Shown: piece by piece, positions 10,469 through 19,417 of the stretch
Layout: every line of letters starts with the position of its first letter
How positions within the stretch are numbered: position 1 is the stretch's first letter
Source of the DNA: Raphidiopsis brookii D9
GTDB taxonomy: Bacteria; Cyanobacteriota; Cyanobacteriia; Cyanobacteriales; Nostocaceae
Assembly (NCBI GenBank): GCA_000175855.1
Contig: ACYB01000031.1
Location: 176,237-208,236, forward strand
Direction of reading: 5' to 3'
DNA: 32,000 nucleotides
Program-made: the position numbers and the translations under genes
Notes under the pieces: generated by a model
What the model saw: only the letters and a program-made list of their open reading frames with translations
What the model was told of the DNA's origin: nothing
The model's database searches: none

Positions 10469-10504
10469 TGATTTTCCTTGAATTATATTACTACCAACCA
10501 TTAA

Positions 10505-11887
10505 CTACTTAACCCAAACAGTCTTAATATTCACAAATTCATGCATACCTTGAATACTTAATTCTCGACCATATCCAGAACGTTTAATTCCCCCAAATGG
10601 CAATCGAGGGTCTGATTTAACCATGCCATTAATAAATACAGCTCCTGCTTCGATTTCTGTAATTAGTCGTTCCTGTTCTTGGGGATTATTTGTCCAAGCA
10701 CTTGCACCTAATCCGAATGGTATGTCATTAGCTAGTCTAATGGCTGCGTCTAGATCTGGAACTCGAAATAATAAAGCTACTGGACCAAAAAATTCTTCTT
10801 GAGCAATGGGATGATCTGGGGGAATATCTACAATAATAGTGGGTGGATAAAAGTTACCATGACCCTCTTTTATGGGATAACCACCTAGGAGAATTTTGCC
10901 TCCACTAGCTATGGCCATTTGCACTTGATTATCCAGGTCTTCCAAAATTTTGCTAGTTGCTAATGGTCCAATATCTGTGTCATCTGCTAAAGGATCCCCA
11001 ATTTTTAAAGTTGCAAATTTTGCCAATAGCATCTCCTCAAACCTATCAGCTATGGCTTCAGCTACAATTAACCGTTTCGCTGCTATACATGACTGACCAT
11101 TATTGATCAGTCTTGCTGTAACTGCAGTACTAACTGCTAATTCTAAATCCGCACTTTCTAACACTATGAATGGATCGCTTCCCCCTAATTCTAAAACAGT
11201 TTTTTTAATATGTTTACCAGATGCAACTGCTAAGGACACACCCGCTGGTTCACTTCCCGTTAGGGTGGCAGCCTTAATTCGATTATCTGCCATTAAGTCT
11301 CCTACTTGTATGGCTGGAATTAATAAGGTTTGAAATACTCCTTCAGGAAAACCAGCACGATTAATAATCTCTTCTATAGATAAGGCGCATTGGGGAACAT
11401 TAGATGCGTGTTTAAGTAATCCCACATTCCCGCCATCAGCGCAGGTGCAGCAAAACCGAAAAACTTGCCAAAAGGGAAAATTCCAGGGCATTACGGCTAG
11501 AATAACCCCCAATGGTTGGTATTTTACCAGACTCCGACTGGCATCGGTGCTAATATTCACATCAGCCAAGAAGTCAGGTCCATGTTCAGCATAATAACGA
11601 CAGACTAAAGCACATTTTTCTACCTCAGCGATCGCAGATTTTAGAGTTTTACCCATTTCTAAGGTAATTAATTTCCCTAGATCGGTTTTTTCTCTGTCTA
11701 GAATATTGGCAGTTTCCAATAACCAGTGCGATCGCTCTACAAAGTTTGTATAACGGTAATACTGAAAAGTCTGACTGGCTAAATGCAGTTTAGCTTCAAT
11801 TTCCTCATCTTTCAAAGGTAAAAAGACCTTGAGAATTTCCCCAGTGGTAGGATTAATGGTAGCAATAGCCACTTCCTGACCTCCCAT
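10505..11887 (-). CDS. Succinate-semialdehyde dehydrogenase (ALDH superfamily)
   Basis: ALDH motifs present: [16 protein letters not shown] (catalytic Glu region), [11 protein letters not shown] (catalytic Cys) and EEFFGPV. Likely start is ATG 11887 or 11905; the ORF-track start at 11947 would overlap the upstream gene. An 8-codon segment at 11429-11455 is off the ancestral frame (see finding). Confidence 0.85.
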   Translation of the reverse strand: [460 protein letters not shown]

Positions 11888-11910
11888 AAAAAATAGGTTT
11901 AGCATGCAAT

Positions 11911-12732
11911 CTACTTTAAATACTCTACCGGATCCTTGGCAGTCCATCCTAAATCCTCTCTAGCACGAACCTCAAAATGTAGATGGGGTTCTCTGGAACT
12001 TGGTTCACCGGTAGCACCTACAGTTCCTAAAACTTGATTAACCTTAACCTGTTGACCTAACTTCACTTTAATAGATTCTAATTGAGCATAACGAGTTTGC
12101 ATTCCACCCTGATGGTTAATAATAACTAAGTTACCATAGCTACCTTGCTCCTTGGCAAAGACCACTACACCACTAGCAGTAGCGCGGACAGGAGTGCCCA
12201 CTTCTGCTAATAAATCAATCCCACTGTGGAAAAAAACTTGATTGGTGATGGGATGAATTTGCCAACCATAGGGAAAAGACACACCAGTAGAATTAGATAC
12301 GGGGGATCCCATAATAGTGGTGATAGATGGAGCAGACCCATATATGGGTTTGATCTTGGATGAAGAGGGAACAAATACCACCCTAGGATTTTGTTGACAC
12401 CCATTCAGTTCAAATAGTGTATCTGGACGAACCCCATACTTTTTAGCTATTTGTTGCCAACCCTGACCATTTGGTACTTGCACCACCATTCCATCAAAAG
12501 GGGGAATTTGTAATTGGGTTCCCGGTATAACCTGACCATTATTGATTAAGGGATTCATCTGCAAGATAGTGGCTGGCATTAGCTTATATCTTTCCGCTAT
12601 AGTAACCAAGTTTTCACCTGGGTTAACTTGATGTTTTTTGATGCGAGATAGAGCAGGAGTTAAACAACTTTCTACAGCACTAACACTTGCCAGGTTTAGG
12701 TTTGAGGATATTAATGCCAAACCAGTGGCCAA
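11911..12732 (-). CDS. LysM-domain M23 family metallopeptidase (peptidoglycan endopeptidase)
   Basis: Two LysM-like repeats (HQVNPGENLVTIAERYKL..., VQVPNGQGWQQIAKKYGV...) are followed by M23 motifs FHSGIDL and PHLHFEV. The ORF-track start is a TTG. The true N-terminus is probably the ATG at 12769, in another frame (see finding). Confidence 0.8.
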   Translation of the reverse strand: MATGLALISSNLNLASVSAVESCLTPALSRIKKHQVNPGENLVTIAERYKLMPATILQMNPLINNGQVIPGTQLQIPPFDGMVVQVPNGQGWQQIAKKYGVRPDTLFELNGCQQNPRVVFVPSSSKIKPIYGSAPSITTIMGSPVSNSTGVSFPYGWQIHPITNQVFFHSGIDLLAEVGTPVRATASGVVVFAKEQGSYGNLVIINHQGGMQTRYAQLESIKVKLGQQVKVNQVLGTVGATGEPSSREPHLHFEVRAREDLGWTAKDPVEYLK

Positions 12733-12804
12733 GCCAAAAAAGAAAAATGGAAGGACAGGGAAAATTCATGTCAAGTCCAAAAATTGCCGACTACATTTTA
12801 ACCA

Positions 12805-13578
12805 TTATCTATATCTATTAGCTAGCCAATTTATCACACCCTCCACATCTTTTACCTGTTCTCCAGGTGGTAAAGGTGGACGTCTTACCATTAGCACTGG
12901 TATACCCATCTCCCTTGCTGCTATGATTTTAGGGTAGGTGGCATTCCCCCCACTGTTTTTACTCACCATCACATCTATATCATATTGGGTGAAAATTTCT
13001 CTTTCACCTCTCAAATCAAAGGGTCCCCTCTTAAATAATATCTCTCCCCAAGGGACTTTACTATCTACTGCAGGAGGATCAATCATTCGCATTAAAAACC
13101 ATATTTTCTCTAGGTGGGCAAAAGCTTCTATTTCCTGTCTACCTATGGTTAAAAAAACTCTTTTGATTTGGTTTTTAAAAACTTGTTCTTGGCCACTCAC
13201 ACCCTGCTTATGCAAAATCGCCGCCGCTTCCCTATTATTCTCTACTTCAATCCAATTATCCCCTGGTTCTTTTTCCCAACCCGGACGATGAAATAATAAT
13301 CGGGGAATTCCTACCTCTCTAGCTGCTGCATCCGCATTCCAAGATATGCTATCCGCAAACGGATGGGTCGCATCAATTAAAATATCAATTTTTTCTTCCC
13401 GTAAATATTCTACTAACCCAGGTACACCCCCAAAACCGCCAATTCGCACGTTAAGGGGCATAACCGGATTCTTGGTTCGACCCGCCCACGATGCGATCGC
13501 GTGTATTTTCGGAATCTGATTTATTTTGTTAGTGATTTCTATGGCATCACTGGTACCACCAAGAATTAAAACGCGCAT
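12805..13578 (-). CDS. cobK: Precorrin-6A / cobalt-precorrin-6A reductase
   Basis: MRVLILGGTSDA start, plus IDATHPFA and VSKNSGG motifs typical of CobK/CbiJ. ATG 13578 lies 5 nt after the stop of the upstream gene; the ORF-track start at 13620 would overlap that gene. Confidence 0.8.
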   Translation of the reverse strand: MRVLILGGTSDAIEITNKINQIPKIHAIASWAGRTKNPVMPLNVRIGGFGGVPGLVEYLREEKIDILIDATHPFADSISWNADAAAREVGIPRLLFHRPGWEKEPGDNWIEVENNREAAAILHKQGVSGQEQVFKNQIKRVFLTIGRQEIEAFAHLEKIWFLMRMIDPPAVDSKVPWGEILFKRGPFDLRGEREIFTQYDIDVMVSKNSGGNATYPKIIAAREMGIPVLMVRRPPLPPGEQVKDVEGVINWLANRYR

Positions 13579-13583
13579 TATAG

Positions 13584-15653
13584 TTATGGACAACGAGAAT
13601 GAATTCCACCATTGGTGCAAATGAAGGCCAATTGTTGAACATCTAGGTTTTTAGCATTGCTAAAATCTACATCCTGAACAATAGCTGCTTGGGATCCAAG
13701 ATCCGAGGTTTCCACAAATCTATCTCTAGGATCCTGTTTACCAGGAAATAAGATCGCTCCCTGAAAATCCGTACCTTCCAAATTTGCCCCTCTTAAATCA
13801 GCACGACTAATATCAGCATTGCGTAGATTAGCATTAGTCATGTTAGCAGAACGCAAAATAGCACCCGATAGATTAGCGGCACTGAAATTAGCACTGTTTA
13901 AGTTCGCATGATTTAAATAAGATTCGGAGAGATCTGCACCTTGCCAATTAGTTTTAGTTAAGTTGCTATGGGAAAGTTGGGATCCTATGGCAGAAACCCG
14001 AGCCAATTGGGCAGCATATAAATCAGCTTCTTGTAGTTGTGCACCGCTAATATCTGCCCCAGTCAGAATGGCATCTTGCAAAATTGCTTGTTGTAGATCC
14101 GAACCTACAAGTTGGGCCCTGCTGAGGTTCGCACCTATCAACTTACTATTTGCTAAGTTTGCCCTGTTTAACACAGAAAAACTTAAGTCCACACGACTCA
14201 TTAAAACTCGACTGAGATTGGCACTAGATAGATTTGATCCTTTTAGTTGAGCTTTACTCAAGTCAGCTATAATATCATCGTAGGTGTCCCAACGACCATC
14301 TTCTCCCACACTGCGAAAACGACTACTTTTAAAACTAGCTTGGTTAAGATTGGCAGATTTGAGTATAACTCCAGATAAATCTACATTCTCTAGCACTAAT
14401 TGAGATTGAGAATTTTGTTTGGCATTTTGCGAACTTAATTGAATTCCCGTTAAATCCAAGTTGTGAATTTTGCCACTATAAACTGTTAGTATTTTGTTAA
14501 TGGTTTGTTGGTTGATGTTTAACAGTTTTTCCCCCACACTATCAGAAATGGCACCAGATTTGATTTGTTTGCCAATGAACTGATTGACCCGTTTTAGTTC
14601 CGGTAGAGATGTGATTCCTATATTGGATAATGCCTGCTGGATAGTATTCAATATTCTGGGATCGGTTTCTTTAGTCAGTAAATCTACTAAATACCTGATT
14701 GACTGGAGATCATTAACTCCACCCATGGCAAGAATTGCCCGTTGGCGCTTCTCAATACTAGTATTAGACTGGGGGTTAATTTGTTGGCTTAGTTCTAAGA
14801 ATTTTTGACTGTTGACCAGCTGGATTTGTCTTTGATTGGCCTGGTTTTGAATATATATTTGTGTACCCACCAGAGTTGACAATAGAGCTATCATACCCGT
14901 TGCACCAGCTAAAATCAAAGTCAGATTGGGAGGAAACTTACATATAAAATTGAGGATGGGGTGAGATTGGGAGCTTTCTGGTGGTTGTTCACTGGGTATT
15001 TCCACTGCTGTTGTGACTGGGTTTTCGTTAATATTTACAGTGTATGTACCAGCTAACTGATCATGGATAGCTCGAGAGTTTCTGGGAGAATTAATACCCA
15101 TACCTTCTGCTATTACCATTACTAGAACCAAAAATGTAAATAGTTCCAGGTTAGGAAAGGCAAAACTATAACGCCACAATACATAAGCCATACTCACTGG
15201 AGCACCCCAACGCCCTATTCCCTCACGAATGATAATGGCTTTAAAACCGGGGGGTTTTCCTTCTATGTTAACCGTCTTGATTCCTAACTTCTTCTTGACA
15301 AGCGTACTACCTGTTGTGGCTAATAAGTATAGCTGCCAACCTACAAGAGTAATAGGTGTTAACAGACCTATGGTCCATAAAAAGTTGGTGGGACTGGCCA
15401 CATTGCGAATACCATAATTCACTGGTAGGGCTAATGGCTGTGCGATTGCTCTTTCTATTCCCGCTAAAACTGGATTTAAAGGTGTTCTTTGTAAATCGGT
15501 TTGGGAATTAATATAAGCCCCAATACTAAAGGGAATAACCCCAGTTGCAGTAACTAAGGTTATTTCTCCTAACCAAGCGAGCAAGCGTCTTGCTGGTAGG
15601 GGTAGGGATTTGGTTTTTGGTGGTTGGGGAAACGGACTAGATTGATTATCCAT
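13584..15653 (-). CDS. Membrane protein: RDD-like N-terminal TM domain + HEAT-like linker + C-terminal pentapeptide repeats
   Basis: 689 aa. The N-terminal roughly 200 aa contain several hydrophobic segments. The last roughly 230 aa are continuous A(D/N)LxX pentapeptide repeats (ANLSRVLMSRVDLSFSVLNRANLANSKLIGANLSRAQLVGSDL...). Confidence 0.75.
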   Translation of the reverse strand: MDNQSSPFPQPPKTKSLPLPARRLLAWLGEITLVTATGVIPFSIGAYINSQTDLQRTPLNPVLAGIERAIAQPLALPVNYGIRNVASPTNFLWTIGLLTPITLVGWQLYLLATTGSTLVKKKLGIKTVNIEGKPPGFKAIIIREGIGRWGAPVSMAYVLWRYSFAFPNLELFTFLVLVMVIAEGMGINSPRNSRAIHDQLAGTYTVNINENPVTTAVEIPSEQPPESSQSHPILNFICKFPPNLTLILAGATGMIALLSTLVGTQIYIQNQANQRQIQLVNSQKFLELSQQINPQSNTSIEKRQRAILAMGGVNDLQSIRYLVDLLTKETDPRILNTIQQALSNIGITSLPELKRVNQFIGKQIKSGAISDSVGEKLLNINQQTINKILTVYSGKIHNLDLTGIQLSSQNAKQNSQSQLVLENVDLSGVILKSANLNQASFKSSRFRSVGEDGRWDTYDDIIADLSKAQLKGSNLSSANLSRVLMSRVDLSFSVLNRANLANSKLIGANLSRAQLVGSDLQQAILQDAILTGADISGAQLQEADLYAAQLARVSAIGSQLSHSNLTKTNWQGADLSESYLNHANLNSANFSAANLSGAILRSANMTNANLRNADISRADLRGANLEGTDFQGAILFPGKQDPRDRFVETSDLGSQAAIVQDVDFSNAKNLDVQQLAFICTNGGIHSRCP

Positions 15654-15703
15654 TGACGAATTCGTATATAGTTGAACTATAAACTATACTTGAAGTAAAT
15701 AGG

Positions 15704-16039
15704 TTAAGGCTTGTTGAATAAGTTTTTGTTAAGTAAAAACCTATAACCAAGGTATACTAACACCCCCAGCACTGCCAGACTGATAATGGAAATTAACAGT
15801 CTAAATACTGTTTGTAAGGTCAGAAAACATAATATGATGGTAATGGTAGCAACGGCGACCTTTTTCACAGTGGACAAACCTTGAAACCAAGTTTGGTATT
15901 GATTCCAATAGTTGTTTATCTGATTAGTAGTGTTTTGACGCAGTTGTGAGCCTTGTAGTTGATCAGAGTAAAATGAATTAATTCCCGATTTTAACTCTTG
16001 GATGCGACGTTTCCATTCTTCTTGTGGTTGAGAATTCAT
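15704..16039 (-). CDS. Hypothetical small membrane protein (111 aa, two C-terminal hydrophobic segments)
   Basis: ATG-initiated ORF with a Q/N-rich N-terminal half followed by VAVATITIILCFLTL and LLISIISLAVLGVLVYLGY. No motif recognised. Confidence 0.5.
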   Translation of the reverse strand: MNSQPQEEWKRRIQELKSGINSFYSDQLQGSQLRQNTTNQINNYWNQYQTWFQGLSTVKKVAVATITIILCFLTLQTVFRLLISIISLAVLGVLVYLGYRFLLNKNLFNKP

Positions 16040-16242
16040 GATGTTTTACCACCGCCCTGTAAATTTACATGTACATATAAATCTACAATTGACTAAGGTA
16101 GAAGGTCAACCGGATCTCACCCACAATCAGGATAGTTCAATTAATAATGTACCTAAGACAGTAAAACTGGGAACAAAACTTGAGTGGTTTGGTCAAATTA
16201 AGCAAAGTTTCTATCCAAGTGTTCACAGATGCACAGGTGAAA

Positions 16243-16692
16243 ATGAAAACACTAAAATTAATAGCCTTTCTTACTGTTAACCTCCTCATAGGTTTGCCAT
16301 TGAACCAGGTCGTGGTAGCACAACAGGGAGTTATCGAGATTAAACGGGAATTTTCCCCAGATCCATTAGTTATTAGTGGTAACTCCCTAGCAAAAGTTCA
16401 AAAGGACTGTGGTCTTCTTCCGAGTCAACCCAATCAAATTATTGTGGTCCAAGAATCCATACCCTATATGAGACTAACATTGGAAGGGGAAGGAAAAGCC
16501 ACATTACTAGTTGACGGTCCAGGTGGACGTTTCTGTATGTTACCAGACAACTATGGAAATCAACCAGAAATGATTGGATTTTGGTCCCCTGGAGAGTACA
16601 AGGTATATGTGGGAAATCTATCTCCAGGAACATACGTTTATAAGGTTCATCTTTCTCGATTCAAGAACTCCAAAACTCTCAACCGCTTCTAA
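16243..16692 (+). CDS. Hypothetical secreted protein (149 aa from ATG 16243)
   Basis: MKTLKLIAFLTVNLLIGLPLNQVVVAQQ looks like a signal peptide, and GGTGA lies upstream of the ATG. The ORF-track start at 16180 is a TTG. Confidence 0.5.
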   Translation: MKTLKLIAFLTVNLLIGLPLNQVVVAQQGVIEIKREFSPDPLVISGNSLAKVQKDCGLLPSQPNQIIVVQESIPYMRLTLEGEGKATLLVDGPGGRFCMLPDNYGNQPEMIGFWSPGEYKVYVGNLSPGTYVYKVHLSRFKNSKTLNRF

Positions 16693-16786
16693 AAAGTTGG
16701 AAAAAGCCTCCCAAACTTCAGTAAGATAGGTAAGATGGGAGGAATCTCCAATTCAATAGTGTTTCACTAAGATTAGAAAGACTAAC

Positions 16787-19360
16787 ATGGAACTAGACAA
16801 ATTAACCAGGTTTAGAGACTACGGTGAATTTATCCTTCGTAAAATTGACTCTGTACCCCTCCATCTGTCTGAGCAGGAAGATTGGATTCCCTCCCGTTTA
16901 GATGAGTGTTTGCTCCAGTTACGAGGTGCTGCTGAAAAAACAGTGGAAATGGCTAACTCTCCCGTAAAAATTGGTGTAATGGGTGAGTTTAGCAGTGGCA
17001 AAAGTTTGTTGTTAGGTAGTTTAATTGGTTATGCAGATGCTCTACCAGTTAGTGAAAATCCTACGACGGGAAATGTCACTGCTATTCACATTCAACTACA
17101 GGAGAATTTTAGTACTACTCAAGTAACTAGTTATAGTGTTGAGTATTTATCCCATGAGGGTGTGAATGAATGTTTACATTTTATGTTATCGGAAGCTAAT
17201 CGCCGTGCGGTTGCTGCTGGGTTACCACCTTTACAGGTTGGTAAAATTAAAACTGGTAAGGATATTTCTTCCTGGTGTGAAGAAGCTTGGCAAAGCTCTA
17301 ATAATTTGGAACTACGCTATTTATTACGAGAGTTAGTATTATTTTTACGTTCTTATCAAGCTTATGGTGAATCTCTATGCGATAAAACCTATAGTATTGA
17401 TGCCAAAACTGCCAAAAATGGTTTACAGTTAGTTGAATTGCCCATGGCAATTCAAACATTACGATTTGAGGATTTACCTCCAGCTCATACTCGATTGCCC
17501 AAAGCGCCACAAATTCTGCCATCCCAATTATTACAAAATAGTTTTCCCTTGATTCGGAGAGTGGATATTCATGTGAAAATATCTAGGGAAATTTGGGACT
17601 TGACCGGAGCAGAAGAATTTGTTTTGTTGGATTTTCCTGGGTTGGGTGCGGCCAATTCCGGTGCTAGAGATACTTTTCTTTCTTTACGAGAATTGGCTCA
17701 GGTACAAACTATTTTGGTGCTATTAAATGGCAAATCCCCAGGGAGCGATCGCGCTAATAAGATATTTACAATGATGCAGCAGCAGCGACCGGGTCAAGAT
17801 TTAAAGGATTTAATTTTGGTGGGGGTAGGACGTTTCGATCAATTGCCTTTAGAGAGTGAAGGGGGGGAAAGAATTTTAGACAGTCTAATTGCTGAGGAAT
17901 ACCATGGCAAACCCTTAGAAACTGAAGTGGTTTTAGAAAATTTAAAAATTTTGGAAACTATTATTGATGGTGGAAGAGCGTTTACCAGTGAAGATGACAG
18001 AATTGTTCTATTATCACCATTGTTGGGGTTAGCGGAATTATCCAAACGTTCAACTAAGGTGAAAGCTGGTTCGGATGAATTTTTGGCAAATATAGATTAT
18101 CCCGATTATTTAGAACGACCGAAAAAATTACAAGAAAAATGGGGAAGGTTAAGTCAAAAATTATTAAGCCATGATTCCCGTAGTATTTTGGGTAGACAAT
18201 TGGATTATTTTGCTCAGGATGGAAGTGTAAGCAAGTTAAGGGAATTGATTCAAAATCATGTGAATACCCATGGTTTAAAACAGTTATATGAAGATACTCG
18301 CAGATCGGCGGATCTGATTCGTCAACAACAGGAAAAATTAAAAGATATTTTGGCTGAAATTCATGCCCAAGGCATACCTGCTGCTGATAGTCAAGACCTA
18401 GTTGATTTGCGGTTGTCCATTGAGAGTTTGGATAAAATCTACCGCAATTTTCGTAGGGATTTGGGTAAGGAACCTCTAAAAGATAGACGTGGTTTAGTAG
18501 TTAGTAGTATTATCAAAGATGAACTAACTTATCAAATTCTCAATTGGAATCAGTGGACTTTGTTATTTAATAAATTGCAAGGTGGTAGAATTGCCTTGGT
18601 AGAATCGAAAGGTGCAGCAGGGAAACTATTTGATCGTCCGGATCGTGGGAGCAAAAGTAATAACACGTTGCCTACAAAAAGTGATGATTTCTATCCCGTT
18701 TTTTCCCAAACCATTAAAGATGTGGAAAAATTTGCCAGAGATTGTATTAGGCAAGCTGTAATAGATTTATTGGTCAAATTAACTAATACCATCAATCTGG
18801 AATCAGAATTGGGATCAGAAAAATTAGCGCTCAATCCCGAACTGGAAGAATTGATGGAGGATAGGTTTGGAGCAGAAGCAGCAGACCTATTCTATAGACT
18901 GTTGTTAGCATCAAAACCAAATCAATGGAAGGAGGCAATTATTGAGGAAATAGAGAACCAAGATAAACCCATAATACCGGAAAATATATTTCCCCTGGCC
19001 AAACAGAATGAGAAGCATGATACAGGACAAGTATTTGATTGGTCCGTGGAAAGAAGTAAATATTTGTCTAGTAGTACAAATCACCAAGTTTTTATTTTAC
19101 GATTAAGAGATGAAATTATCACTAGTGCTAGTTTACATCTGGTTCAATATGTGAGTGAAGTAAACCGACAAATAAATTTGGAGTTGGAGGGAATCCTAGA
19201 TCAAATTATCCCCAGTTTGCAAAACTTATTGAAAAAAGAAGAACTACTTAGATATATTGCTGCTGGAGACACAAGCCTAGAATTGACCATACCTACCTGG
19301 TTAGAAATTCTCAGCGATATTGCGTCTATTGACCAGCAACATATCTATGATTACAACTAG
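16787..19360 (+). CDS. Dynamin-like GTPase (bacterial dynamin-like protein family), atypical long G domain
   Basis: 857 aa. G1 is GEFSSGKS (16982-17005), with a G2-like NPTTGNVT and G3 VLLDFPGLG (D at 17630). After G3 come ILVLLNGKSP and a G4-like VGVGRFDQL, then about 500 aa of helical or coiled-coil-looking sequence. Confidence 0.75.
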   Translation: MELDKLTRFRDYGEFILRKIDSVPLHLSEQEDWIPSRLDECLLQLRGAAEKTVEMANSPVKIGVMGEFSSGKSLLLGSLIGYADALPVSENPTTGNVTAIHIQLQENFSTTQVTSYSVEYLSHEGVNECLHFMLSEANRRAVAAGLPPLQVGKIKTGKDISSWCEEAWQSSNNLELRYLLRELVLFLRSYQAYGESLCDKTYSIDAKTAKNGLQLVELPMAIQTLRFEDLPPAHTRLPKAPQILPSQLLQNSFPLIRRVDIHVKISREIWDLTGAEEFVLLDFPGLGAANSGARDTFLSLRELAQVQTILVLLNGKSPGSDRANKIFTMMQQQRPGQDLKDLILVGVGRFDQLPLESEGGERILDSLIAEEYHGKPLETEVVLENLKILETIIDGGRAFTSEDDRIVLLSPLLGLAELSKRSTKVKAGSDEFLANIDYPDYLERPKKLQEKWGRLSQKLLSHDSRSILGRQLDYFAQDGSVSKLRELIQNHVNTHGLKQLYEDTRRSADLIRQQQEKLKDILAEIHAQGIPAADSQDLVDLRLSIESLDKIYRNFRRDLGKEPLKDRRGLVVSSIIKDELTYQILNWNQWTLLFNKLQGGRIALVESKGAAGKLFDRPDRGSKSNNTLPTKSDDFYPVFSQTIKDVEKFARDCIRQAVIDLLVKLTNTINLESELGSEKLALNPELEELMEDRFGAEAADLFYRLLLASKPNQWKEAIIEEIENQDKPIIPENIFPLAKQNEKHDTGQVFDWSVERSKYLSSSTNHQVFILRLRDEIITSASLHLVQYVSEVNRQINLELEGILDQIIPSLQNLLKKEELLRYIAAGDTSLELTIPTWLEILSDIASIDQQHIYDYN

Positions 19361-19417
19361 AGTAACTCTACCCGTAGTAAAATTTAGAATATACAAAAAA
19401 TCAATAACAGATAAACT

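Noticed and set aside
12638-13291. Plus-strand ORFs 12638-12937 and 12938-13291
   Set aside because: They are antisense to the M23 peptidase 5' region and to cobK, both supported by strong family motifs on the minus strand.
13579-13583. Cobalamin riboswitch upstream of cobK
   Set aside because: Only 5 nt separate cobK from the preceding gene, so there is no room for a riboswitch. cobK is probably co-transcribed with that gene.
16038-16280. 80-aa plus-strand ORF 16038-16280
   Set aside because: It overlaps the divergent promoter region and the 5' end of the better-supported signal-peptide ORF. It has no ribosome-binding site and no motif.
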